From a virus (taxonomy: Duplodnaviria; Caudoviricetes): a stretch of DNA of 64,000 nucleotides. The stretch is taken from IMG/VR virus record IMGVR_UViG_3300025715_000009, positions 160,001 through 224,000 of that record; one strand, given 5' to 3'. The notes beneath the pieces were generated by a model. The model saw only the letters and a program-made list of their open reading frames with translations. It was not told where the DNA came from and did no database searches. Shown piece after piece: positions 28,585 to 38,801 of the stretch (its first letter is position 1; every line of letters starts with the position of its first letter). The translations under genes and the position numbers were made by a program.

Positions 28585-29265
28585 TTAGAGCAAAGATTCT
28601 ATTAAAAATTTAATTATAAAAAATAATATACCACCAGAACCAAATAATATACCTATAATCTTTGCCCAGAACATTAATTTATTTTTTTCTTTAGTGGCAT
28701 CTGTTTTTATCTTTGAATCTTCGAGAGAAATTTGAGCTTTTTGTATATCACTTTTATTACTTACAAGAGAATTTATTATAGAATATAAGCCTTCTTGGTT
28801 TTTTATTAATTCATCTTTAGTTGTCTTAAAAGAAGAGGCTACGCCTTTTATTTGTGTTTCCATTCTCTCTAATCTTTTATCATTTTCTATATCTTTTGTC
28901 TTTACTTGCTGTGCTAATGCTCCAATATATTGAGCTAATTTTTTTAAATTATCAGTATTTACTTGAAAACCTTTGTTTAATTCATTTACAATTTTCAATT
29001 CAGATGCATTAATAGAAGGTTTAATGCTATTCAATTCTTTTTCTATTGCATCTAATTTAGCCATATACTCTTTAATAGATTCAAGAATTGTTTCTATTTT
29101 AACAACAGTAATTCTAATTTCTGATAAATCATGAGCAGAAACGTTTAGATAACCTGTTAATTCTTTGAGGATTATTTCTGTTGATGCTTTCAAATCATTG
29201 ATAACAGTTATTAAGTTATTCTCTAACTGTTCAAGATCTTGTGCCAAATCTTGCAAGTTATCCAT
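28585..29265 (-). CDS. Coiled-coil protein with C-terminal transmembrane segment
   Basis: Long heptad region; hydrophobic LMFWAKIIGILFGSGGILFFII. Confidence 0.6.
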   Translation of the reverse strand: MDNLQDLAQDLEQLENNLITVINDLKASTEIILKELTGYLNVSAHDLSEIRITVVKIETILESIKEYMAKLDAIEKELNSIKPSINASELKIVNELNKGFQVNTDNLKKLAQYIGALAQQVKTKDIENDKRLERMETQIKGVASSFKTTKDELIKNQEGLYSIINSLVSNKSDIQKAQISLEDSKIKTDATKEKNKLMFWAKIIGILFGSGGILFFIIKFLIESLL

Positions 29266-29831
29266 TATACTCCTACTTGTTCTATATTGATATCTTTATT
29301 TATCTTAGGTAAAAATTCCATAAAGATGTCATGTTGCTTTTTAATCATAGATAATTTCTTATCTAATTTAACTTTATCTAATTCTGGTTCTTTATCCCAC
29401 CAATGAATATATCCATCAATACAATCAAAATCATATCCATATAAAATTGCCTTTTTATATCCTAAATCTACTGCTAAATGCAGTGCAAGCATAAATGCTA
29501 AGTTTTTATCATCATATAATTTTAATTGATGCCATCCACGAATATCAAAAGTTGTAAATTTATGAATTAGTGGATATTTTCTTGTCATCATTATATACCT
29601 TTCTTTTTCAACATCATACGGTTCATTATATACATGATATGTTGCTTTTAAAGGCAAATGAAAAATAGTATCATTAATTGTAAGTATATCTTTACCACGA
29701 ATTGTTTGCCAATTAAAATTTCTTACAGAAGGGCCTGCAGAAATAATATGTATGTCTTCCTCTTTTGATTCTTTAAGATGAGACAATGGTGTTGCTATCT
29801 TCCTCTCTGTTATTATTCTTGGCCCTGTCAT
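29265..29831 (-). CDS. Maf/MptE-like (DUF115) Rossmann protein, putative glycosyltransferase
   Basis: IHIISAGPS, ILTIND, ALHLAVDLGYKKAILYGYDF motifs. Confidence 0.65.
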   Translation of the reverse strand: MTGPRIITERKIATPLSHLKESKEEDIHIISAGPSVRNFNWQTIRGKDILTINDTIFHLPLKATYHVYNEPYDVEKERYIMMTRKYPLIHKFTTFDIRGWHQLKLYDDKNLAFMLALHLAVDLGYKKAILYGYDFDCIDGYIHWWDKEPELDKVKLDKKLSMIKKQHDIFMEFLPKINKDINIEQVGV

Positions 29832-32800
29832 TTTATTTTAATTTTATATCCATCTTTTATAGAATCAATCATACCGATGATTCTATCTCTCAAGAATAAT
29901 TTTTCGAACCAAGATGCTTTAATTGCCATACCATCATAATATGATACGACCTCATCACCGATTTCAGCTCTACCTTCTAATTTAATTTTTACTCTTCCTG
30001 CAATACCAATAGGAACAACTTTAGATGTTTTTAAATCATTAAATTTATCATCATTTAATAAATAACCATACGTGTTTGAAATAACACCAATAGTAGCTTT
30101 CTCTGCTCTTTTTTTAGATGGTCTTACACCATTTTCAGTTTGAACAACTACTTGGCCATATTCAAATTCATAATTTGGTGCCTTATTCCAACATTCAGCT
30201 ATATCATTCCAAACAGCATTATATACTCTTCCAGCATAAAATCTAGAATAGGCATCTACAGTAACAGGTGGAGATGTATTATTGCCAGTTAAAAATGCTA
30301 AAGCAGTTCCTCCTGTGCCTGCTTGACCAAATGTAGAATTATAATCACCTTTTCTAAACCAAACAAAATGATCATTACTTCTAAAATAAACTGAACTAGA
30401 TTGAGTTCCTATTTCCGGTTTATCTAATATGTCGTTAAGAATTATTTTCTTACCATTTATATCACTAAACCTTAATAAACTATTAAATCTTGCATCACTA
30501 TTTATCTCTATTATTCCACTGGATTCAAATGTTAGATTTTTGGTTGATTTAGAAGAAATAACATTATCATTAAATAATATATTATCAATATAAGTAGGAG
30601 TTGAGCCAGAGTTAATTTGTGTAGTTGTTAATGGTTGAATTATGATATTATTTGCTTGGTTTACGTGTTCATTTCCTATTATTCTTGATATACCAGAATA
30701 AGAATTAATAATTACTTCTGATGATATTGTATCGTTAGCAAGAGTTGTATTTCCAGAAAATGATTTGATTTGATTATTTTTTACTCTTAAATTATCAAGA
30801 TGAATGTCCCCTGTCCCTGCATTTAAATCTATATTATCAGAATTAATTTCTACTTTTCTACCAGATGGTGAAGTTAGTGTTAAATCATTCATACCAATAG
30901 AAGTAATACTATTGCTATCCAATTTCAAGTTATCAACTGTTAAATATCCACTTGGGTGAATATCAAGAAAATCAGTAGAACCAACTTTACCATATAAGTG
31001 ATTTGTAATATATACAGGAATATTAAATTTAGCATCTGAATTATCACCGTATGGAGTTGTTCTAAATTCGATGTTATTTGTTTGTGAATCTTTACCATGG
31101 ATAATCAATCTTTCTGTCATTATTGTAGTATTAGATTTTGTTTTTATATCCCATAAAGAAGAAACAACAATATTACCACTTGAGTCTGTTTTAAATCCAC
31201 CTATTTTATTACTAAAAAACTTACAAGTATTATTTGGAGTAATTGCATTAGATGAAACAACTATATCTATTTCTTCTTCTTCACCCTCACAATCAACTAA
31301 ATAAATATAATATTCTGTTAATGGAGAAAAACTTGAACTAATATCTAAATAAGAAGAATCTATAACTATACTATCATTAGAAGATTCAAATACTTTATAT
31401 TCATTGTTATCTGGTTTTGATTCTTTCTGTGAATCTAATTTAACAGCATCATTTGTTTTTGTAAAAAGATTGAATTTGAGTGAGGATAATAAACCTTCAA
31501 ATTTTTGAGCACCATTTCCACCTAATTCTATTAATCCTAATAATGAAGAATCTATGGTTGTATATTCTTGATTAAGTGATATTAAATCTTCTCCATTAAG
31601 AGATAATTTTATTTGTGATTGCTCCCATAATATTATTAATCTTTGCCAATGATCAATTAAACCATTAAATGCCATTGATGTCATAGATTTAGATAATTGT
31701 TTTTCTGTCTGTGTAGTAGCATCATATATAAAAAACGATATTGCTGATGATCCTAATTCAAGGCGCATAGCATCATTATAATATCTACTTTGTATAGGAT
31801 TATACTGCTGAGTCATTTCAACTCTAAATAAAACATTTTTTTCTGAATTAAAGAATTTTGGCATAAATTCTAAATCAATTAATCCCTTCTCAATACGAAT
31901 CATGTCATTACCATATTTTAATATTGATTCTCCTCTTGAAGATGGCGTAAATGTTGAACAATATGCCTTTTTTTCAATTTGAACTGCATCAATATAACTT
32001 TGAGCATTTGATTGTGTAGTATAAATTGATAATTTTAAATTATTATAATCATTAGTAGATGACCATAAAGTATTAGTTCTAATATTCTTTATTTCAACTC
32101 TTTTCCAATCAGAAGTTGGAGAAAGTGTAATTAAAGATACTGATGAATTGACTTCCCATCTTAATCCAGATGGACTATTATTCCAATAAACTGGTTGAGA
32201 TGAATCATGTTTTCCTATTATTAAAAAATTTAAATCTTTATCTGATTTATAATAAAATGATATAGATACATTTGGATTATCATCATCATCTGGAACTGGT
32301 GGAAAATTGATGGCCTGCTCTATTTTTGCTTGTGATATTGCAGAAGATGTAGACAATAGAACACAATTTCCATATAAACCATCAGTTGATATAGATACAT
32401 TTCCACCACCAGAATTTGTAGGGGTCCAATTATTTAAACCATCAGAAAAATCTCCATTTAATATTTCATTTATAGTTGATGTTTCTAATGCTATAGATTT
32501 TCCAATAGAAAGAGGGGTTTCTTTTCTATAATTAATATTAATGGCTGTGTTTGCAGAATATTTACTATTATGAGAGACGAGAGAGTCATTAAATCCAAAA
32601 TAAGCAACTGTTGGTTGTTTTGTTGTTACAAACCTTGAATTTGCTTTTATTTTTAATTTATTATCTGCATTTTCAATAAAATCATTATTATCAAAATAAA
32701 TAATATTATCACTATTATAATCTTGGATAATTTTTGAAAGATTTGATGCAGTTATTGGAGTATCAGGATTGTTTTCCCATACTAGTTTAAATTTAGCCAT
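29828..32800 (-). CDS. Tail fibre with CBM-like, LamG-like and Mtd-like domains and C-terminal peptidase G2-type autocleaving chaperone
   Basis: NEILNGDF..DAVQIE; IGGF..SSLWD; WNDIAECW..IGVIS..VPIGIAGRV. Confidence 0.75.
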   Translation of the reverse strand: MAKFKLVWENNPDTPITASNLSKIIQDYNSDNIIYFDNNDFIENADNKLKIKANSRFVTTKQPTVAYFGFNDSLVSHNSKYSANTAININYRKETPLSIGKSIALETSTINEILNGDFSDGLNNWTPTNSGGGNVSISTDGLYGNCVLLSTSSAISQAKIEQAINFPPVPDDDDNPNVSISFYYKSDKDLNFLIIGKHDSSQPVYWNNSPSGLRWEVNSSVSLITLSPTSDWKRVEIKNIRTNTLWSSTNDYNNLKLSIYTTQSNAQSYIDAVQIEKKAYCSTFTPSSRGESILKYGNDMIRIEKGLIDLEFMPKFFNSEKNVLFRVEMTQQYNPIQSRYYNDAMRLELGSSAISFFIYDATTQTEKQLSKSMTSMAFNGLIDHWQRLIILWEQSQIKLSLNGEDLISLNQEYTTIDSSLLGLIELGGNGAQKFEGLLSSLKFNLFTKTNDAVKLDSQKESKPDNNEYKVFESSNDSIVIDSSYLDISSSFSPLTEYYIYLVDCEGEEEEIDIVVSSNAITPNNTCKFFSNKIGGFKTDSSGNIVVSSLWDIKTKSNTTIMTERLIIHGKDSQTNNIEFRTTPYGDNSDAKFNIPVYITNHLYGKVGSTDFLDIHPSGYLTVDNLKLDSNSITSIGMNDLTLTSPSGRKVEINSDNIDLNAGTGDIHLDNLRVKNNQIKSFSGNTTLANDTISSEVIINSYSGISRIIGNEHVNQANNIIIQPLTTTQINSGSTPTYIDNILFNDNVISSKSTKNLTFESSGIIEINSDARFNSLLRFSDINGKKIILNDILDKPEIGTQSSSVYFRSNDHFVWFRKGDYNSTFGQAGTGGTALAFLTGNNTSPPVTVDAYSRFYAGRVYNAVWNDIAECWNKAPNYEFEYGQVVVQTENGVRPSKKRAEKATIGVISNTYGYLLNDDKFNDLKTSKVVPIGIAGRVKIKLEGRAEIGDEVVSYYDGMAIKASWFEKLFLRDRIIGMIDSIKDGYKIKIK

Positions 32801-32812
32801 TTATCTCCCCTC

Positions 32813-33097
32813 TTATACTATTTCTAAAGTTCCTGTTTCTATGTTTTTTTCTATCATATATTCTAGAACTAATTTATAAATATTATCAATTACTGATAAA
32901 TTAATATTTGGTTTTGATAATAGAATTTCATTAAATTTAGATTCATTGGAATTAATAGTAAATGTTTTTTCAAATAAAGTCAAAGAATCATTTTTAACTT
33001 CATAAGTTACAGCAATAGAATTATCATACAAAAATAAATTTTTGATAAAAACTTTATTATAATTTCTATATGGCAATGAAAGTTGTATATAAATCAT
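32813..33097 (-). CDS. Small protein, possible fibre assembly chaperone
   Basis: Position between fibre genes; SD GGAG. Confidence 0.4.
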   Translation of the reverse strand: MIYIQLSLPYRNYNKVFIKNLFLYDNSIAVTYEVKNDSLTLFEKTFTINSNESKFNEILLSKPNINLSVIDNIYKLVLEYMIEKNIETGTLEIV

Positions 33098-33106
33098 AAT
33101 TTCTCC

Positions 33107-35158
33107 TTATAGTTTTATGCATATTAAAAATTCTTTATATGGAGCAAAACTAGATGTAGTTCCACTATCTAAACTTGTAGGTTCACTTGTTTGCCCACTA
33201 AATGAAGTATGTCCATGTTGACCTCTTTGAGAAGCAATGCTTCCTGTATGTATATGACTAGATAAGGTAACATTTAGTGGTGTTCCTGCACCATTATATT
33301 GAATGGCTTGTCCAAGTTGTGTTGTATTAGTTGTTTGATTTGTAGAAAAAGAATCTAATTCATGTCCATGATTACTTTCTGGAGAAGCAGTTATTCTTAA
33401 ATCCCAACCAGATCCACTAGATGCATGCTTATGTGAAATAGAATGTGAGTGTTGTGTATTACCACCAATAGAACCACAACTTTCAGATGAACCACTAACT
33501 ATTGCAACAAAATTTGTATTCCCAGAAATTGCTTGCCATTTAAATGGTGGTTGTGCTACACTTTTTTCTACAGTCATATTACTTATAACAGAAAAACTTG
33601 ATTCATCAAACATTTTTATTTGTCTATTATACATATTTGGAGTTTGTACCCACCAATTGTTTTGCCATTCTATTCCAGATGGTGCTGGCATATTATCATA
33701 AACATTTGGAGAATTTCCTGTTATATCATGCCACTTACCATCACACAAAAATAAACCATCAGGACATACTGTTCCGTGAATTATATGGATACTGTTTTTT
33801 GGAACATTTGTATCAAAAGTATTTACAACAGACATTTTTTCAACATACATCTGCCCATCTGCTCTTACTCTAAATTTACCAATACATCTTGAGTTATCAA
33901 TTATTGAATACCATCCTCTTCTTGCTTGATCATTTATAAATTTTGGTGCTCCATATAAATCACTTTCTCTAAATATAATTTCTCCATTAGAATTAATATA
34001 CACCCTCCATAATCCAGGATATATTGTTGTAGAAGGAGAATCAGAATAAGGATTTCCAGGTGCACTTCCTAATTGTATTTGATCTACCAATGTAGGACAA
34101 TTATTAATTTTCATTTTATTAGATTTATCGCCCAAATATATTGGTGAAGAAATAGTTATTCTCTTGCCATCTACGTTAATATAACCAGGAGTTATTCTTA
34201 ATGGGAGGAGGAGAGAATTATTATTTAAATCTATAGGTTGGATTGCTCCATTTACTTTTGTAAAAATTGAGTATTCTAATTCTACACCGCTTCTTTCATC
34301 TGTGTAATACATGTCTTCATATAGTTGATTAACGCTAACTTTAACATCTGCTAATGCACCTTCTACATCTGTAGAAACAAAATTGCCTGCTTCATCTTTT
34401 ATAGAAATGTCAGATGCTACAAAATCTCTAACTCCTGTGTTGTCTAAAATTTTATATTTTTGTGTTATTATCTCTTTATTGTATGTTGTTAAATCCCATA
34501 GAGAATCTGGGTCTATACTTCTATCTATTGTTGTTCTAAATCCACCTATTTTTCTTATTGCAATAACTTTTGAACCAGTTGGTGAACTAAGATCTGCTAT
34601 GCCTTGTTTCCATGAAGAAGTATTATTTTCGTCATCATATTCTGAAACTATTTTAATTTGGCAATAATCACCTAATCCAATTGTATTATATAAATAAAGA
34701 TTATATCGCATGCTAGGAGAAAAATCTTGTTCTAATAAAAGTGATTCAATAGAAACAAGAGCACTCGTAGTTCCTATATCATAATTAAGATATTTTATTT
34801 GACCAGATGTATTAACATAAGACATTCCAATCTTTGTGTTTGCTTTTATTTTTAATAGTTTATTAAATGGAGTAGAAAATCCACTTGATATAAATGAAGG
34901 ACCAATTTGAGTGTTTACTCCTTTAATAAAACTATTAGAACTAGAAATATATAATATTTTATCTACGTATATTGAGGATGGAGCAGGTTGCGTTGTAAAA
35001 TTATAATCAGCCCAAGAGGAATAATCTGATATTGAATTTGTATATTCAATAAATTTAGATTCTGCTATTACATCTATTGATTTAGATAAATTTGTTGCTA
35101 CTAGTGAAGTATCTGGATTATCTTCCCAAATTACTTTAGCATTTATTTTACCAGGCAT
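33107..35158 (-). CDS. Tail fibre with collar domain and His-rich tip
   Basis: CPDGLFLCDG...TPNM collar pattern; HSH/HGH/HIH motifs; terminal APY...ICIKL. Confidence 0.75.
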   Translation of the reverse strand: MPGKINAKVIWEDNPDTSLVATNLSKSIDVIAESKFIEYTNSISDYSSWADYNFTTQPAPSSIYVDKILYISSSNSFIKGVNTQIGPSFISSGFSTPFNKLLKIKANTKIGMSYVNTSGQIKYLNYDIGTTSALVSIESLLLEQDFSPSMRYNLYLYNTIGLGDYCQIKIVSEYDDENNTSSWKQGIADLSSPTGSKVIAIRKIGGFRTTIDRSIDPDSLWDLTTYNKEIITQKYKILDNTGVRDFVASDISIKDEAGNFVSTDVEGALADVKVSVNQLYEDMYYTDERSGVELEYSIFTKVNGAIQPIDLNNNSLLLPLRITPGYINVDGKRITISSPIYLGDKSNKMKINNCPTLVDQIQLGSAPGNPYSDSPSTTIYPGLWRVYINSNGEIIFRESDLYGAPKFINDQARRGWYSIIDNSRCIGKFRVRADGQMYVEKMSVVNTFDTNVPKNSIHIIHGTVCPDGLFLCDGKWHDITGNSPNVYDNMPAPSGIEWQNNWWVQTPNMYNRQIKMFDESSFSVISNMTVEKSVAQPPFKWQAISGNTNFVAIVSGSSESCGSIGGNTQHSHSISHKHASSGSGWDLRITASPESNHGHELDSFSTNQTTNTTQLGQAIQYNGAGTPLNVTLSSHIHTGSIASQRGQHGHTSFSGQTSEPTSLDSGTTSSFAPYKEFLICIKL

Positions 35159-35159
35159 T

Positions 35160-35573
35160 TTAATTCCCCTTTACAAGTAATTCTGTCAATAAAATTGGAG
35201 TCCAATAATCTCCACAACCACCTTCAAGTAATGGTCCTTTTGTTAAAATAACAAATTTGGCGCACTTTTTTTCTATACATTCTTTATCCAAATAAGGACA
35301 TGTTTTAGAATCATAAATATATCCTTTTGATAAAATTGATTGTATACCATCTTTACCCATAATATAAACATCATTATTATTTTGTTTTCCAATTAATAAT
35401 GCTGGAAATGATTTTACGCTCTTATCAAATTTTATATATCCATTCTCTGTTTTTTCATGCCATTCGTTTTCTAAACTTACTAATTCTATTGTTTCTACTT
35501 CAATTGAATTACTTACTGCCCAATCTTTCATTTCTTGGCATGATTCATCATTTAGTAAAGTATACAGTTTCAT
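35160..35573 (-). CDS. Glutaredoxin-like protein with C-terminal Cys cluster
   Basis: KLYT....SC...K.W...I....I and KSFPAL cis-Pro pattern; CPY...C....C...GC. Confidence 0.5.
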   Translation of the reverse strand: MKLYTLLNDESCQEMKDWAVSNSIEVETIELVSLENEWHEKTENGYIKFDKSVKSFPALLIGKQNNNDVYIMGKDGIQSILSKGYIYDSKTCPYLDKECIEKKCAKFVILTKGPLLEGGCGDYWTPILLTELLVKGN

Positions 35574-35589
35574 TTTTATCTCCTTTATA

Positions 35590-35598
35590 ATTATCTTT
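35590..35598 (-). promoter_or_regulatory. AAAGATAAT candidate promoter
   Basis: Recurrent intergenic motif upstream of SD AAGGAG. Confidence 0.5.
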
Positions 35599-35603
35599 GT
35601 CTA

Positions 35604-36140
35604 TTATATATCTTTTGTATCGCCAAAAGTTTTTTTCATTTTAACTTGTTCATAAATTTCTTGTGTTGACTTATTAGAACAATCTACCTCTATATTAACT
35701 GCTGCTTCAATAATTCCTCTAGGTGAAGCAAGTTTTAACATATTTAATACTTCATCTTTTGATTGTTGAAAAAACAATTCACCTAATTGTAATACTATAT
35801 CTAAATCTGGAAACTCTTCTATCCAAGATTGATTAATGTATTTTTGTATATCATAAAATTCTTGATTTAATTTATTGAACTTATCATATTTAATTTTTAT
35901 CTCTTCATTGTTGTTTAAAAAATCTTGTATTGTTTCTTCTGTTTGTCCAGTTAATAACTTATTTAATTCTTTTTCTTGATTTTCTAATTCTACATTTAAA
36001 TAATCAAGAAAAAATTTAACTTTATTTTTATATAATTTTTCTCCTTCTCTATCTTGTTCAGAAAGATAAAATTTAAAATTAACTAACTGGTTAGAGTTTT
36101 CTATTTTTATATAATTATTACTATCATTTAATAATGCCAT
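35604..36140 (-). CDS. Hypothetical protein, possible fibre chaperone
   Basis: Follows the Gly-rich fibre gene; coiled-coil insert. Confidence 0.45.
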   Translation of the reverse strand: MALLNDSNNYIKIENSNQLVNFKFYLSEQDREGEKLYKNKVKFFLDYLNVELENQEKELNKLLTGQTEETIQDFLNNNEEIKIKYDKFNKLNQEFYDIQKYINQSWIEEFPDLDIVLQLGELFFQQSKDEVLNMLKLASPRGIIEAAVNIEVDCSNKSTQEIYEQVKMKKTFGDTKDI

Positions 36141-36148
36141 ATTTCCTC

Positions 36149-37180
36149 TTAATAATAAATTCTTACTTCACCTCTAGCACCAGTTCCACCATCATTATGC
36201 CCTGCTATTTGACCGCCGGCGCCGCCGCCACCACCACCTGGAGCAGTACCTGCTCCTCCTCTACCTTCATTATTTCCATTTCCTCCACGAGCTTCGGAGC
36301 CGCCTCCTCCACCACCACCACCATAATCTCCACCACCATAACCTCCACCAGATCCTGCTGATATTGAAGTATTATAATTTTCCGGTTTAATTAATTCAGA
36401 TATTGCAGCAGAAGAACCGCCAGAGCTTCCAGCACGGCCGCCACTTCCACCAGTTTGTGAAATAAGTATTCCAATATTAGAATTATTAGGAGATGTTATA
36501 CTGCAAACACCTCCAGGGCCGCCTGTTCCATCATGACCACCCCATCCAGCACCACCCCCAGATCCTCCACCAGCTATCATTGTTATGTTTTCATATGATA
36601 TTGATGAATTACCACCAGTTGAACCAACAATAATTTGATTTCCATTAGACCAAGAATTTGTTTCTATTATTTTACAATATCCAATAAGTTTTCCACCTCC
36701 GCCACCACCACCACCATCATGTCTTTGTGCTCCATTAGTATATCCACCTTGTCCACCACCTCCAATAATATGAACTAGTATTATTTTAGGAGCAAAGGTT
36801 TTTCCACTTGTTCCCAAGATATTAAAAGAATAAAGTAAAGATCCTGAACTAGTATATATTTTAACATAAGGAGGTATTATTGGATTAGCAGAAGGATTTC
36901 CTTCATCTCTAGTAATATAATAAGTTCCAGGTGTAGAAAAAGTATATCTTAATGTTGGTCTGGGTCTTTTACCAATGGTAGCACATGATATATCTATATT
37001 ATTAAGTTTATATCCTGTATTTGGTTTTTCATAAAATAAATAATCTAATGTATATGTAGCATATGCATTCATCTCAATATAAGAAGATGGAGTTCCATTA
37101 TTAACAATATATTCAGTGCCTATATTTACAGGTTCGTAAAAATCATCTAAATCTTTAGTATTATATTTATAGATGCTCAT
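36149..37180 (-). CDS. Glycine-rich adhesin/fibre tip protein
   Basis: IIGGGGQGG, several poly-Gly runs, terminal GARGEVRIYY. Confidence 0.75.
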   Translation of the reverse strand: MSIYKYNTKDLDDFYEPVNIGTEYIVNNGTPSSYIEMNAYATYTLDYLFYEKPNTGYKLNNIDISCATIGKRPRPTLRYTFSTPGTYYITRDEGNPSANPIIPPYVKIYTSSGSLLYSFNILGTSGKTFAPKIILVHIIGGGGQGGYTNGAQRHDGGGGGGGGKLIGYCKIIETNSWSNGNQIIVGSTGGNSSISYENITMIAGGGSGGGAGWGGHDGTGGPGGVCSITSPNNSNIGILISQTGGSGGRAGSSGGSSAAISELIKPENYNTSISAGSGGGYGGGDYGGGGGGGGSEARGGNGNNEGRGGAGTAPGGGGGGAGGQIAGHNDGGTGARGEVRIYY

Positions 37181-38789
37181 TTTTTAATTCCTGGATCTGT
37201 TGTTGTAATTCTTGAACCGCTTTAATTAAAACACCAATACAATCTGATACACTCATTTTATCTTGAGTTGATGTTGATAATTCAGATGGTGTATCTTCAG
37301 CAATGAATCCAATATGCTCTTGATTTGAATCATCATTAATAAACTTATATTTAACAATTTTTACTTTATTTAATAAATTCAATGCACTATCCTGATAATC
37401 AACAATATCTTTTTTCATTTCTCTACTAGAAGTAGAATTAAAAGATGCAGCTTGCACTTGACCCGTTGCTGTTAGTGTAGATGTATTAATAGTTGTTGCT
37501 GTAATTGTTGGTATATTTACTTGACTGTTATTATTAGTTAATGTCAACAGTGCAGTAGTTGTTGTTCCATTCCAAGATTCAAACACTATTTTATCATTAG
37601 ATGATGTTCCTATTTGATGGTGAATAATAGTATTATCACCACTCACTTCACAATAAATTTTTGCTGAGTCACCAGTTTGTGCTTTTGGATGAAAATATAA
37701 TCCTTGACTATATAAATTTGTTGTATATAAATTAGCATCTATACCTAAACTATTTGTATTGCTTGGCGTTATTAATCCATTTGTAATATTTATCCCATTA
37801 ATTGACAAAGTATTATTAGTTGTTGATATCTTGCCATTATGTTCAACTCTTAATCTTTCAGATTGATCTAATGATCTAACAGAAAAAATAGATCCACCGG
37901 AAATTGGATTACTATCTGGTTTTATTATTATACCAGAATCAGATGGAGCAGGACTAAAAATATGTGCAATATCATCTTTATCTAAAATTTTTAATGTATC
38001 AGTCGAAGTTTGATTTATTACATTTAAATTAGCATTAATAGTAGTATTACCAGCCACAGATAATGTACCACTAATTGTAGATTCTATGCCAGCGGATTCT
38101 AAATCTGCTATTCTTAATCTACGATAAACAGGATTTGGATTAGCATACTCGTCTAAAATCATATATTGTTTTGATTTTATAGTGTGGTATTTGCCAGCAA
38201 TATCCCAAATGGAAGAAGAGATAATAACACCCAATGAATTAACCCTAAACCCACCAATTAATCTAGTATCTTTTTCAGAATAATAATCACCGGTTTCAGG
38301 AATTTGAGTGTTTTGAGGATAAGAACTGCTTTGAGATACTATTATTTGAGCAATATTTTTTCCAGTTTCAGAATTATTTATTCTAGCATCACAAAGAAAT
38401 ATAAACCAATCTTTATTTATACCCCATCCAGAAACTGAAGAGGAGGCATTATCTTTATTATCATAAGTTATCCATAAATCATCTAAACCTGTATCAAATA
38501 TTTTATATTGTCCTCTTGGATAAGTAACTTCATCAACTTGATTTATTATTGAAAAAACACATCCTCTTTTTAAAACTAATTTAATTGGACTTGGTTCACT
38601 TGGATCTGCCATTAAAATAGTTCCTTCACGATGATGAGGATTGTTGGCATCATTATATTTAAAATCTAAATATGATATTACTAAATCAGCACTTTTAGAT
38701 AATGCTGTTGCCGTAATTGGAGTATCTGGATTATTCTCCCAAATTAATTCAGGTATATGATCTGATATTGGTGTTCCTGTCAAAGACAT
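37167..38789 (-). CDS. Tail fibre with C-terminal intramolecular chaperone (peptidase S74)
   Basis: SSREMKKDI...Y.F...HIGFIAED...LIKAVQEL plus coiled coil. Confidence 0.85.
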   Translation of the reverse strand: MSLTGTPISDHIPELIWENNPDTPITATALSKSADLVISYLDFKYNDANNPHHREGTILMADPSEPSPIKLVLKRGCVFSIINQVDEVTYPRGQYKIFDTGLDDLWITYDNKDNASSSVSGWGINKDWFIFLCDARINNSETGKNIAQIIVSQSSSYPQNTQIPETGDYYSEKDTRLIGGFRVNSLGVIISSSIWDIAGKYHTIKSKQYMILDEYANPNPVYRRLRIADLESAGIESTISGTLSVAGNTTINANLNVINQTSTDTLKILDKDDIAHIFSPAPSDSGIIIKPDSNPISGGSIFSVRSLDQSERLRVEHNGKISTTNNTLSINGINITNGLITPSNTNSLGIDANLYTTNLYSQGLYFHPKAQTGDSAKIYCEVSGDNTIIHHQIGTSSNDKIVFESWNGTTTTALLTLTNNNSQVNIPTITATTINTSTLTATGQVQAASFNSTSSREMKKDIVDYQDSALNLLNKVKIVKYKFINDDSNQEHIGFIAEDTPSELSTSTQDKMSVSDCIGVLIKAVQELQQQIQELKNEHL

Positions 38790-38801
38790 ATTATTCTCCT
38801 A

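Noticed and set aside
28585-29265. Holin or spanin call
   Set aside because: A coiled coil with a terminal hydrophobic segment is not diagnostic, and no endolysin or lipoprotein partner is nearby
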